Origin: a virus
Length of the DNA: 64,000 bases
Reading direction: 5' to 3' (one strand)
IMG/VR virus record: IMGVR_UViG_3300032073_000003
Location: 32,001-96,000 of that record
The position numbers and the translations under genes were made by a program. The notes under the pieces are model-generated. The model worked only from the letters and a program-made list of their open reading frames with translations, searched no databases and had not been told where the DNA came from. How positions within the stretch are numbered: the stretch's first letter is position 1; the number at the start of each line of letters is the position of its first letter. Below are positions 56,547 through 64,000 of this stretch, piece after piece.

Positions 56547-57136
56547 TTATGACAGAAATATTTAATTTAATGACTAAAGAAGGACTAACTCCAAATTGCT
56601 TTTATGTTTTATATTGCATAAAAGAAAAAATTGTTCCTACAGATATTATAAATAAAAAATTAGAATGTAAAAAATTAATTAATCAAGAATGGATAACACC
56701 AGATTTGCAATTAACTAACAAAAGTATTATCTTTACAACTAAGGTTGACGGATATTTTAAAAAATCTAAAAAGAAAACTTCTAAAAACTTAATGGGAAAT
56801 AATTTTATGCAAAATATAGATGCATATGTCAAAATATTCCCTAATAAAAAATTATCATCTGGTAAATATGCTAGAATACCTGCTAAAAGTTTAGAAAATG
56901 GATTTAGATGGTTTTTTGAAAATTACAACTATGATTGGCAAACTATTTTTACAGCTACACAAAAGTATGTAAATGAGTACGCAACTAAAAATTATGAATA
57001 TATGAGAAATTCTCAATATTTTTTAAGAAAACAAAATATAGATAAATCTTGGAATTCAGATTTAGCTGTATATTGTGAATATTTAAATGATATTCCTGAA
57101 AATGATGAAAATCCATTTGAGGAATTAATAGTATAA
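56540..57136 (+). CDS. Putative replication initiator/helicase loader
   Basis: 198 aa, wHTH-like N-terminus, directly upstream of DnaB. Confidence 0.45.
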   Translation: MVIMTEIFNLMTKEGLTPNCFYVLYCIKEKIVPTDIINKKLECKKLINQEWITPDLQLTNKSIIFTTKVDGYFKKSKKKTSKNLMGNNFMQNIDAYVKIFPNKKLSSGKYARIPAKSLENGFRWFFENYNYDWQTIFTATQKYVNEYATKNYEYMRNSQYFLRKQNIDKSWNSDLAVYCEYLNDIPENDENPFEELIV

Positions 57137-57146
57137 ACAAAATAAT

Positions 57147-58154
57147 ATGCCAAAACTTTTTGAAGGTGCAAAGCACTTATTACCAGTTAGTGAGAGAGAA
57201 AGTTTAGAAAAAGGTCTTATTAAAATTAAAGCAAGAAGAGAAGGTAAATTACCCGCTTTACTTAGTTCTTGGCCTAAATTTAATGATGCCTTTTGTGATG
57301 GGCTTGAATGGAAAACAATTACAGTAGTAGGTGCAAGACCTGGTACAGGTAAAACACTTTTTTTAGACCAATTAGTTTCTGATATTGTTGAAAAAAATAC
57401 TAATCAAGTATTTAGAGTTCTTAAATTTCAAATGGAAATGGTAGATGAAACTAGTGCTATAAGAAAATTTAGTTTAATTACAGGTTCTGATTATAATACA
57501 TTAATGAGTAAAGATGGAAAATTAGTAGATAGAAATATTTACGATAAATGTGTGCAATATTATCATCAAACTTCTAAGAGTGATATTATAAATGTAATTT
57601 ATGATGTATGTACTGTTAAAGAAATGTGCGCATCAATTCATTATGAATTTGAAAGACATAAAAAAAAAGATGGTACATATCAAAACATGGTTGTTACTAT
57701 AGATCACTCAGCTTTATTTGCAGTTGATTATGGTCAAAAAGACAAATTTGGAATGTTAGGGGCATTAGGAGAAGCATTAACTATGATGAAAAAGAAATAT
57801 CCTGTTGCATTTGTAGTATTAAGTCAATTAAATAGGAATATTGATGACCCTAAAAGACAAATAGAAGGTACTTATGGTAATTATGTTTTAGATTCTGATA
57901 TTTATGGTTCAGATGCTTTATTACAGCATGCAGATATTGTAATGGGTATAAATAAACCTTCTATAAGAAAAATAAGAAAGTATGGACCTGAAAAATTTAT
58001 TATTGAAGATCCAGATACTTTAGTATTTCATTTTTTAAAATCAAGAAATGGTACAGTCAGAACTAGTTTCTTTAAATTAGATAGACAAACCATGAGGATA
58101 ATAGAAATGAATACACCAGCAAGAGAAACAATAAAAACAATGAACCAATATTAA
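57147..58154 (+). CDS. dnaB: DnaB-like replicative helicase
   Basis: 'GARPGTGKT', 'FQMEM', 'IDH', 'LSQLNR', 'SD...Q.AD', 'K.RNG'. Confidence 0.9.
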   Translation: MPKLFEGAKHLLPVSERESLEKGLIKIKARREGKLPALLSSWPKFNDAFCDGLEWKTITVVGARPGTGKTLFLDQLVSDIVEKNTNQVFRVLKFQMEMVDETSAIRKFSLITGSDYNTLMSKDGKLVDRNIYDKCVQYYHQTSKSDIINVIYDVCTVKEMCASIHYEFERHKKKDGTYQNMVVTIDHSALFAVDYGQKDKFGMLGALGEALTMMKKKYPVAFVVLSQLNRNIDDPKRQIEGTYGNYVLDSDIYGSDALLQHADIVMGINKPSIRKIRKYGPEKFIIEDPDTLVFHFLKSRNGTVRTSFFKLDRQTMRIIEMNTPARETIKTMNQY

Positions 58155-58164
58155 ATAATATGAA

Positions 58165-58779
58165 ATGAGTAGTTTAAGAAAAGAAAAAGAACGAGAGTTT
58201 TATACATATCATATGGATACTTTTAAAGCAATAGGTATTGCTGATCCATTTTTTACTATTAAAACTGCCTTTTTTAAGAAAGGTAAATATGGTAGACAAT
58301 GTCAATTTTTTGAATGGGAATTGAGAAAACAAGAAGATATATATATTGAATTTTATGATAATGTTTATGATGACAATGGTAAAAATAAAAATATGATACC
58401 AATGAATGAGGATAGACAATTATTTAAACTTAAATATAATCCTTATTATGAAGAAGAACATGATATAATTGAAGGAACTGATTATCAAGGTAATCCTGAT
58501 AGAAAATATTTAATTCCTATAAATGAAATGTCTGTAGTATTAAAAAGTGGTCAAGAAATTAGCTATTCTTTATATGAAAAAAGAAAAGAAGATGCTAAAT
58601 CAGAAATTCCTGAATTACAAAAATCTACTACATTATTTCCTGATTTTGAGCAAGAATTTGCATTAAAAAAGGAAGATGATAATAAAGATTCTGATTTAAA
58701 AAGTGTATTATTAAAACTAAGTCATGAAATATCTAACTTGAGTAGTATTTTAGAGGCTAAAATCCATAAATTAAAATGA
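58165..58779 (+). CDS. Hypothetical protein
   Basis: 204 aa in the replication block. Confidence 0.7.
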   Translation: MSSLRKEKEREFYTYHMDTFKAIGIADPFFTIKTAFFKKGKYGRQCQFFEWELRKQEDIYIEFYDNVYDDNGKNKNMIPMNEDRQLFKLKYNPYYEEEHDIIEGTDYQGNPDRKYLIPINEMSVVLKSGQEISYSLYEKRKEDAKSEIPELQKSTTLFPDFEQEFALKKEDDNKDSDLKSVLLKLSHEISNLSSILEAKIHKLK

Positions 58780-59498
58780 GTACAATAGTATTACCAACAA
58801 AAAAAGTAAAGGCTGAAAGAGTTAATCCAAAAAGATTATTAGTTTATTCTAAACCCAAAACAGGTAAAACAACCGCATTTGCAGGTTTAGAGGACAACTT
58901 AATATTTGATTTAGAAAACGGAGCCGAGTATGTAGAAGCATTAAAAATAAGTATTTCTAGTTTACAAGAATTATTAGATACAGGTAAAGCCATAAAAGAA
59001 AAAGGTAACCCGTATAAATATGTAACTATAGATACAGTAACAGCATTAGAAGAAATGATAATGCCACTAGCTATAAAATTATATAAAAAAACACCTATGG
59101 GTAAAAATTTCTCTGGAGACAGTGTAATTACATTACCAAATGGTGCAGGCTATTTATATATTCGTCAAGCATTTTTTCAAGTTTTAGATTTTATTGATAC
59201 ATTAGCACCTACAATTATTTTATCTGGTCACATTAAAGATAAAGTTGTAGATGATAAAGGAGATATGGTTATGTCTGCAAATATAGACTTAACAGGAAAA
59301 ATAAAATCTTTGATTTGTGCAAATTCTGACGCAATAGGATATATGTATAGAAAAGGTAATCAAACTATCATGTCTTTTAAAAGTAATGATGAAGTTACTT
59401 GTGGTGCTCGTCCAGAGCATTTACGTAATGAAGAAATAGTAATTACCGAAATGATTGACGGTGTTGTAAAAACATCATGGGAAAAAGTGTTTATTTAA
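58776..59498 (+). CDS. Sak4-like AAA ATPase (single-strand annealing)
   Basis: 'YSKPKTGKTT', 'FDLENG', 'IDTVTAL', 'SDAIGY'. Confidence 0.8.
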   Translation: MSTIVLPTKKVKAERVNPKRLLVYSKPKTGKTTAFAGLEDNLIFDLENGAEYVEALKISISSLQELLDTGKAIKEKGNPYKYVTIDTVTALEEMIMPLAIKLYKKTPMGKNFSGDSVITLPNGAGYLYIRQAFFQVLDFIDTLAPTIILSGHIKDKVVDDKGDMVMSANIDLTGKIKSLICANSDAIGYMYRKGNQTIMSFKSNDEVTCGARPEHLRNEEIVITEMIDGVVKTSWEKVFI

Positions 59499-59519
59499 TA
59501 ATTAAAAAAAAAGAAGAAG

Positions 59520-60200
59520 ATGGCTTTAAGTACAGAAGACTTAGGAACCGGATCTGGATCTGGTTTACCAAAAACAATTAGTCCAGGAAATAATGTGTTA
59601 AAAATTAACAATGTAACTCTTGATGAGTTTAAATTTATTGATAATGCTTATCACTTAACATTACATGTAGAAAGTAAACCTATTGACGGATTTGAAGGTT
59701 TTATGATTGATCGTAATAATCCTGATGCAGGTAAATATAGTGGACAAATTGGTAGAATTAAAGCAAGTCAATATGCATTTGCTGATGGTGAAACTAAATC
59801 AGGAATTAAAATTCAAAGAGATAAATCTATTTTAATATTTTTACAAAATCTTTGTAAAACATTAGGAATTAATGATTGGATGTCAAAACAACATAATCAA
59901 CATGAAACAATTGAAGATTTTGTTCAAGCGTTTAATAATGATAAACCATTTAAAGATGTATATCTCGAATTTTGTGTAGCAGGTAAAGAGTATATGGGTA
60001 AAACAGGATATACTAATTATGATATGTGGTTACCAAAAGCACAAGGTGGAAAATATGCTACAGGAACAGTTGATAGTGGAAAAGTTATTACTTATAATGA
60101 AGATATTCATTTAAAGAAACTTGAAAATAAACCAGTAGAAACTTTTGGAGATGAAGATTTTTCTAAATCACCATCTAACTCAGATTTCTCTTTAGACTAA
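59520..60200 (+). CDS. Single-stranded DNA-binding protein (putative)
   Basis: 226 aa with acidic C-tail ending DFSLD, located between Sak4 and primase. Confidence 0.6.
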   Translation: MALSTEDLGTGSGSGLPKTISPGNNVLKINNVTLDEFKFIDNAYHLTLHVESKPIDGFEGFMIDRNNPDAGKYSGQIGRIKASQYAFADGETKSGIKIQRDKSILIFLQNLCKTLGINDWMSKQHNQHETIEDFVQAFNNDKPFKDVYLEFCVAGKEYMGKTGYTNYDMWLPKAQGGKYATGTVDSGKVITYNEDIHLKKLENKPVETFGDEDFSKSPSNSDFSLD

Positions 60201-60259
60201 TAAATTAAGTAAAGGGGAAAATCTAAGTGGTTTTCCCCAAACTTTTAAATTTTTAGTCT

Positions 60260-61237
60260 ATGATTTCTACAAAAACAATTATATCTGACCTTAATGACAT
60301 ACCTAGAGAATGGGTATTTGAATATTATTTAAATCTTACTGAAAGATTATCTGGTCAAAGTCTTAAAATAAAATCTATTTTTAGCGGAAAAGATAAAGTA
60401 CCTTCAATGTGTATATATATTGATTCTAATAATAGATATAAATTCAAAGATTTTTCATCGGGATATGGTGGAGATGGTTTGAATTTGGTTATGTATTTAT
60501 TTAATTTAGGAAGTAGAGGTAAAGCTTCATTTAAAATCATGGATGATTATAATGAATATATTTCTAATAATAGTTATATACCTTTAGAATACAAACCTGA
60601 AAGTAAATATGCAGTTTCTAATTATGAAATTAGACATTGGACAACATTTGACAAATCTTATTGGCAAATTTATAAATTAAATTCTCATTTACTAGGAGAA
60701 TATAATGTTTACCCATTATCATTTTATCAAATGACTAAAGAAGATGATGGTAGAATATTAGATTCTATAACAATTAATGGTAATTTTATTTATGGATATT
60801 TTAGAGAAGATGGTTCTTTATATAAAATATATACTCCTAAAAATAAAGATAATAAATTTATTAAGGTAAAAGATTATATACAGGGAAATGACCAAATAAA
60901 ATTTGAATCTAAATATCTTGTTATACTATCCTCTCTTAAAGATTTAATGTGTTTTAAATTACTAGAAATTGGTAATACTGAATGCATTGCTCCAGATAGT
61001 GAGAATAGTGTAATTCCAACTAATCTTATGGAAACCTATATAAATAAATTTGATAAAGTATTTGTACTATTTGATAATGATGAGCCTGGTATTAAATCTG
61101 CTCAAAGATATCAAAAACAATATGGATTTGATTTTATTAATCTTGATATGTCAAAAGATCTTTCTGATTCTATTAAAGATACTAATATAGAAACTGTTAG
61201 AGAAGAAGTATTTAAATTACTAAAAAATAAAATATGA
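60260..61237 (+). CDS. dnaG: DNA primase (TOPRIM)
   Basis: 'FKDFS.G.GGD', TOPRIM 'SSLKD.M' and 'FDND..G..SA', 'KD.SD'. Confidence 0.85.
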   Translation: MISTKTIISDLNDIPREWVFEYYLNLTERLSGQSLKIKSIFSGKDKVPSMCIYIDSNNRYKFKDFSSGYGGDGLNLVMYLFNLGSRGKASFKIMDDYNEYISNNSYIPLEYKPESKYAVSNYEIRHWTTFDKSYWQIYKLNSHLLGEYNVYPLSFYQMTKEDDGRILDSITINGNFIYGYFREDGSLYKIYTPKNKDNKFIKVKDYIQGNDQIKFESKYLVILSSLKDLMCFKLLEIGNTECIAPDSENSVIPTNLMETYINKFDKVFVLFDNDEPGIKSAQRYQKQYGFDFINLDMSKDLSDSIKDTNIETVREEVFKLLKNKI

Positions 61238-61662
61238 ATTGGTTATATGAAGCAAAAGAATTTACAGATGATATGATTCCTGACAAAGCTATAGGTTTTG
61301 TTTATGAAATGGAAGCAATTATTGATGGTAAATCTATGCGTTATATAGGTAAAAAAAACTTTTATAGTAATAGAAAAAAAAAGTTTGGTAAAAAAGCTTT
61401 AGCTGCAATAACAGATAAAAGAGTTAAGAAATATGAAATAGTCACTAAGCTTAACTATATAAATTATTATAGTAGCAATGATATTTTAAAAGCAGCACAT
61501 AAGGCAGGAATTCCTATTAAAAGATATATACTTAAAATATGTTACTCTAAATCTGAGTTAACATATTATGAAACTAAATATCAATTTAACAAAGAAGTTC
61601 TAGAAAGAGATGAATACCTAAATGGAAACATATTAGGTAAATTTTACAAATTTAAATCGTAA
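61234..61662 (+). CDS. GIY-YIG-like endonuclease
   Basis: 'GFVY.M.......RYIGKK', 'YYSS', 'E...Q....VL', 'Y.N.NI.G'. Confidence 0.7.
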   Translation: MNWLYEAKEFTDDMIPDKAIGFVYEMEAIIDGKSMRYIGKKNFYSNRKKKFGKKALAAITDKRVKKYEIVTKLNYINYYSSNDILKAAHKAGIPIKRYILKICYSKSELTYYETKYQFNKEVLERDEYLNGNILGKFYKFKS

Positions 61663-61668
61663 ATATTT

Positions 61669-62085
61669 ATGAAAGAATCAGATATTATGGGAGCTTTGTT
61701 TGAGCTTCACCAAGCAGGTATTAAAGGAATAAATATATATTATGAAGGAAGTGGAGATAGTGGATATATTGAAAGTTCAGTTTATACAAAAGATGAATTA
61801 TCTGACAATATAGATGATGCATTTGATGAAATACAAGAATTAGATTCATGGAGTAGTACAAACAGTGATATAAGAAAAGATTTCCCGAATCTATGGGATA
61901 AATTAGAGAGTTTTGCTGATGAAGCTATATTAAATAATATAGAAGATTGGTGGAATAATGAAGGTGGTTATGGTAATTTATGCATAATAGTTCCTTCTGG
62001 TAAATATAAAGTATATAATAAAATACGTTATACTCAAGTAGAGGACTACTACCATGAAGGTGAACTACTTGAAAAAGCAGATTAG
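61669..62085 (+). CDS. Acidic hypothetical protein (DUF6878-like)
   Basis: 'I.YEGSGDSG.IE' and 'WWNNEGGYG' motifs. Confidence 0.55.
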   Translation: MKESDIMGALFELHQAGIKGINIYYEGSGDSGYIESSVYTKDELSDNIDDAFDEIQELDSWSSTNSDIRKDFPNLWDKLESFADEAILNNIEDWWNNEGGYGNLCIIVPSGKYKVYNKIRYTQVEDYYHEGELLEKAD

Positions 62086-62087
62086 TT

Positions 62088-62429
62088 ATGGCACATCCAA
62101 TGTTACATGCTAAATCATCTGTAAAAAAATGGGGTGGTATACCTGAAGATTATATTCATATACATGAATGGTTTGATGCAACTAAAGCCTGGATTGGTCA
62201 TAGTAAGCATAGAATGTTTAGACATCATAGTGAAGGTATATTTGAATGTGAACAATATTTTGGTAAATCATTTACAAATTCAGATGGTAAAACTGTATAT
62301 ACTAGATATGTTGGAGAACAACATGTTAAAGAAGATTGTAATAATTACATACCTTCCGCAAAAGAATGGGTGGATAATATAAATACACCGACAAAATGGA
62401 TGATTAAAACTTTAAAAATTGAAGACTAA
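62088..62429 (+). CDS. His-rich hypothetical protein (DUF6915-like, HD-like)
   Basis: 'HP..HA.SS...WGG..EDY..IH.WFD', 'HR..RHH..GI', 'EQHV.ED'. Confidence 0.6.
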   Translation: MAHPMLHAKSSVKKWGGIPEDYIHIHEWFDATKAWIGHSKHRMFRHHSEGIFECEQYFGKSFTNSDGKTVYTRYVGEQHVKEDCNNYIPSAKEWVDNINTPTKWMIKTLKIED

Positions 62430-62821
62430 TGATTTTTGATAAAGAAGAAACACGTAATTTATTAAATATGTTAAGATCACCAGATGCTGATAATCATATT
62501 ATAGCATTTGAATCTTTAAACAACATAGATTATAAAAACTATACTGGTGAATTAATTGTAATGTATAAATACTCTGGACATAAATTAGAGTATTGGCAAG
62601 AAAAATGTCTTAAAGGATATGAATATTTATTAAAACATGTTCCTGATTATCAACTTACAAGCCCTAAAACTTTAAGTTTAATTAAAGATAAAAAAGGATC
62701 TAATGCTTCAATAGAAATATTTATGGAATATTTTATTAAAGATATGACACAAATGTTAGAATCAATTGGATACCCTACAGATGCTTTTGAAATTAATATA
62801 AAATTAAAAGAAAATGGATAA
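62429..62821 (+). CDS. Hypothetical protein
   Basis: 130 aa. Confidence 0.65.
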   Translation: MIFDKEETRNLLNMLRSPDADNHIIAFESLNNIDYKNYTGELIVMYKYSGHKLEYWQEKCLKGYEYLLKHVPDYQLTSPKTLSLIKDKKGSNASIEIFMEYFIKDMTQMLESIGYPTDAFEINIKLKENG

Positions 62822-63995
62822 ACAGAGAAGTTTAAGTAAAATTGGTAAAGAATTAATGTTGAAAGAACCTTATTATGGGTTCTTTCTTATTATGCTTAAT
62901 AAATTGTGGAGTAATAAACTCCCTACAGCAGGTGTAAGTAAACAAAATATAAACTTCCAGCTTGCTATTAATCCTGAATTTTGGGAGAGTTTATCTGAAC
63001 AACATCAGATGGGGTTATTAAAGCATGAGTTATTACATATTGCTTTTAATCATCTTACTACATTTAGTATGTTTCAAGATAAAAAACTTGCTAATGTTGC
63101 AATGGATATGGAAATCAATCAATATATAGATAAAGATTGGTTACCTGAAGGTGGTATTGATATTGATACTTATGCACCTGACTTAGATCTTGATAGAAGA
63201 GCAGGTAGTAGATATTATTATAATAAATTAAAACAATTTCAAGAAGACAAAGATCAAAATGGAACTTGTGGATGCGGTAATATGGATAGTTTGTTAGAAA
63301 ATATAGAAAATGGAGATGTTCCTGATCATAGTACTTGGGAAGAATTTGAAAACTTACCAGAAGCTGAAAAAAAGTTAGTTGAAAAACAATTACAAAAAAT
63401 TCTTAGTGATGCTAAAGAACAAACTATTAAAAAACAAGGAACTATTCCAGGTGAAATAGAAGATGTAATTATTATTGAAGAAATCTTACCTCCTAAATTT
63501 GATTGGAGAGGGTTTATTAGAAGATTTACAGGTGTAAGTACTAAAGTTTTTACTAGAAAAATTAGAAGAAAAGAGAATCGTAGATTTGAAGCTAATCCTG
63601 GTCTTAAAATAAAAATGAAACAGCATATGCTATTAGGTATTGATACTTCAGGTTCTGTAAGTAATAGTGAACTTAAAGAATTTATGAATGAGATAAATCA
63701 TATTTATAAATGTGGTGTAGAAATAACTATAATTCAATGTGATACTGAAATTAAATCTATAACAGAATATAAAGGTAAAAATGATTTAGAGATAAAAGGA
63801 AGAGGTGGAACTTATTTTGATCCCGTTATAGAATATTTTAATGCTAATCAAAGAAAATATACTAGTCTTGTATATTTTACTGATGGTGAAGCAACAGCAT
63901 ATGTAAAACCTCGAGGTCATGTATTATGGGTTTTATCTGAACAATCTTATTTAAATAAAGATTTACCAGGTAAAGTAATAAAATTAGAATTATGA
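62814..63995 (+). CDS. DUF2201-type metallopeptidase-vWA protein
   Basis: HExxH 'KHELLH', 'NVAMD.EINQ', vWA MIDAS 'IDTSGS', 'GRGGT.F', 'FTDG'. Confidence 0.85.
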   Translation: MDKQRSLSKIGKELMLKEPYYGFFLIMLNKLWSNKLPTAGVSKQNINFQLAINPEFWESLSEQHQMGLLKHELLHIAFNHLTTFSMFQDKKLANVAMDMEINQYIDKDWLPEGGIDIDTYAPDLDLDRRAGSRYYYNKLKQFQEDKDQNGTCGCGNMDSLLENIENGDVPDHSTWEEFENLPEAEKKLVEKQLQKILSDAKEQTIKKQGTIPGEIEDVIIIEEILPPKFDWRGFIRRFTGVSTKVFTRKIRRKENRRFEANPGLKIKMKQHMLLGIDTSGSVSNSELKEFMNEINHIYKCGVEITIIQCDTEIKSITEYKGKNDLEIKGRGGTYFDPVIEYFNANQRKYTSLVYFTDGEATAYVKPRGHVLWVLSEQSYLNKDLPGKVIKLEL

Positions 63996-64000
63996 TTTGT

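Noticed and set aside
1-64000. Stop-codon reassignment as in some gut crAss-like phages
   Set aside because: Conserved genes (TerL, portal, MCP, primase, helicase) are full length in the standard code, and TAG and TGA both serve as real stops.
63992-64000. Next ORF start (ATG ATT TGT)
   Set aside because: Only three codons in the window, so it cannot be assigned.

Overview
This is a very AT-rich 64-kb segment of a large lytic tailed dsDNA phage. Gene order and protein types match Crassvirales (crAss-like) or a close environmental relative. The host is probably an aquatic Bacteroidota (Flavobacteriia), inferred from the Bacteroidota-type ClpS, TAnnTTTG-like boxes and A-rich translation starts without Shine-Dalgarno sequences. 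The code is standard. Two arms diverge at ~39.9-40.25 kb. The minus-strand arm (1-39.9 kb) is virion/packaging/lysis: a truncated >1,716-aa muzzle-like gene missed by the ORF track, ring proteins, IHF-like proteins, Cys-rich tail proteins, Dps-like protein, MCP, scaffold-like protein, portal, TerL, PD-(D/E)XK nuclease, amidase/holin/spanin cassette, LamG fibres, GroES and an exonuclease. The plus-strand arm (40.25-64 kb) is early/replication: TROVE-like/TerD protein, PNKP-type phosphatase, HNH, SF2 helicase, ClpS, glucosaminidase, spore-photoproduct-lyase-like radical SAM enzyme, thioesterase, variant UDG, DnaB, Sak4-like ATPase, SSB, primase, GIY-YIG and a vWA metallopeptidase. The most striking unexplained features are: (1) a ~1-kb structured non-coding block at 42.3-43.3 kb, containing a CCA-ended tRNA-like element, a cUUCGg hairpin and two tandem hairpins with compensatory changes, directly upstream of the TROVE-like/TerD and RNA 3'-phosphatase genes (candidate phage RNP/RNA-repair system); (2) an array of small genes at 53.0-54.2 kb joined by a recurrent ~24-bp repeat encoding both the stop of one gene and the start of the next; (3) a four-copy CTAACCCTnnACT cassette at the start of the early arm. 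Family assignments come from recognised motifs and synteny, not database searches.
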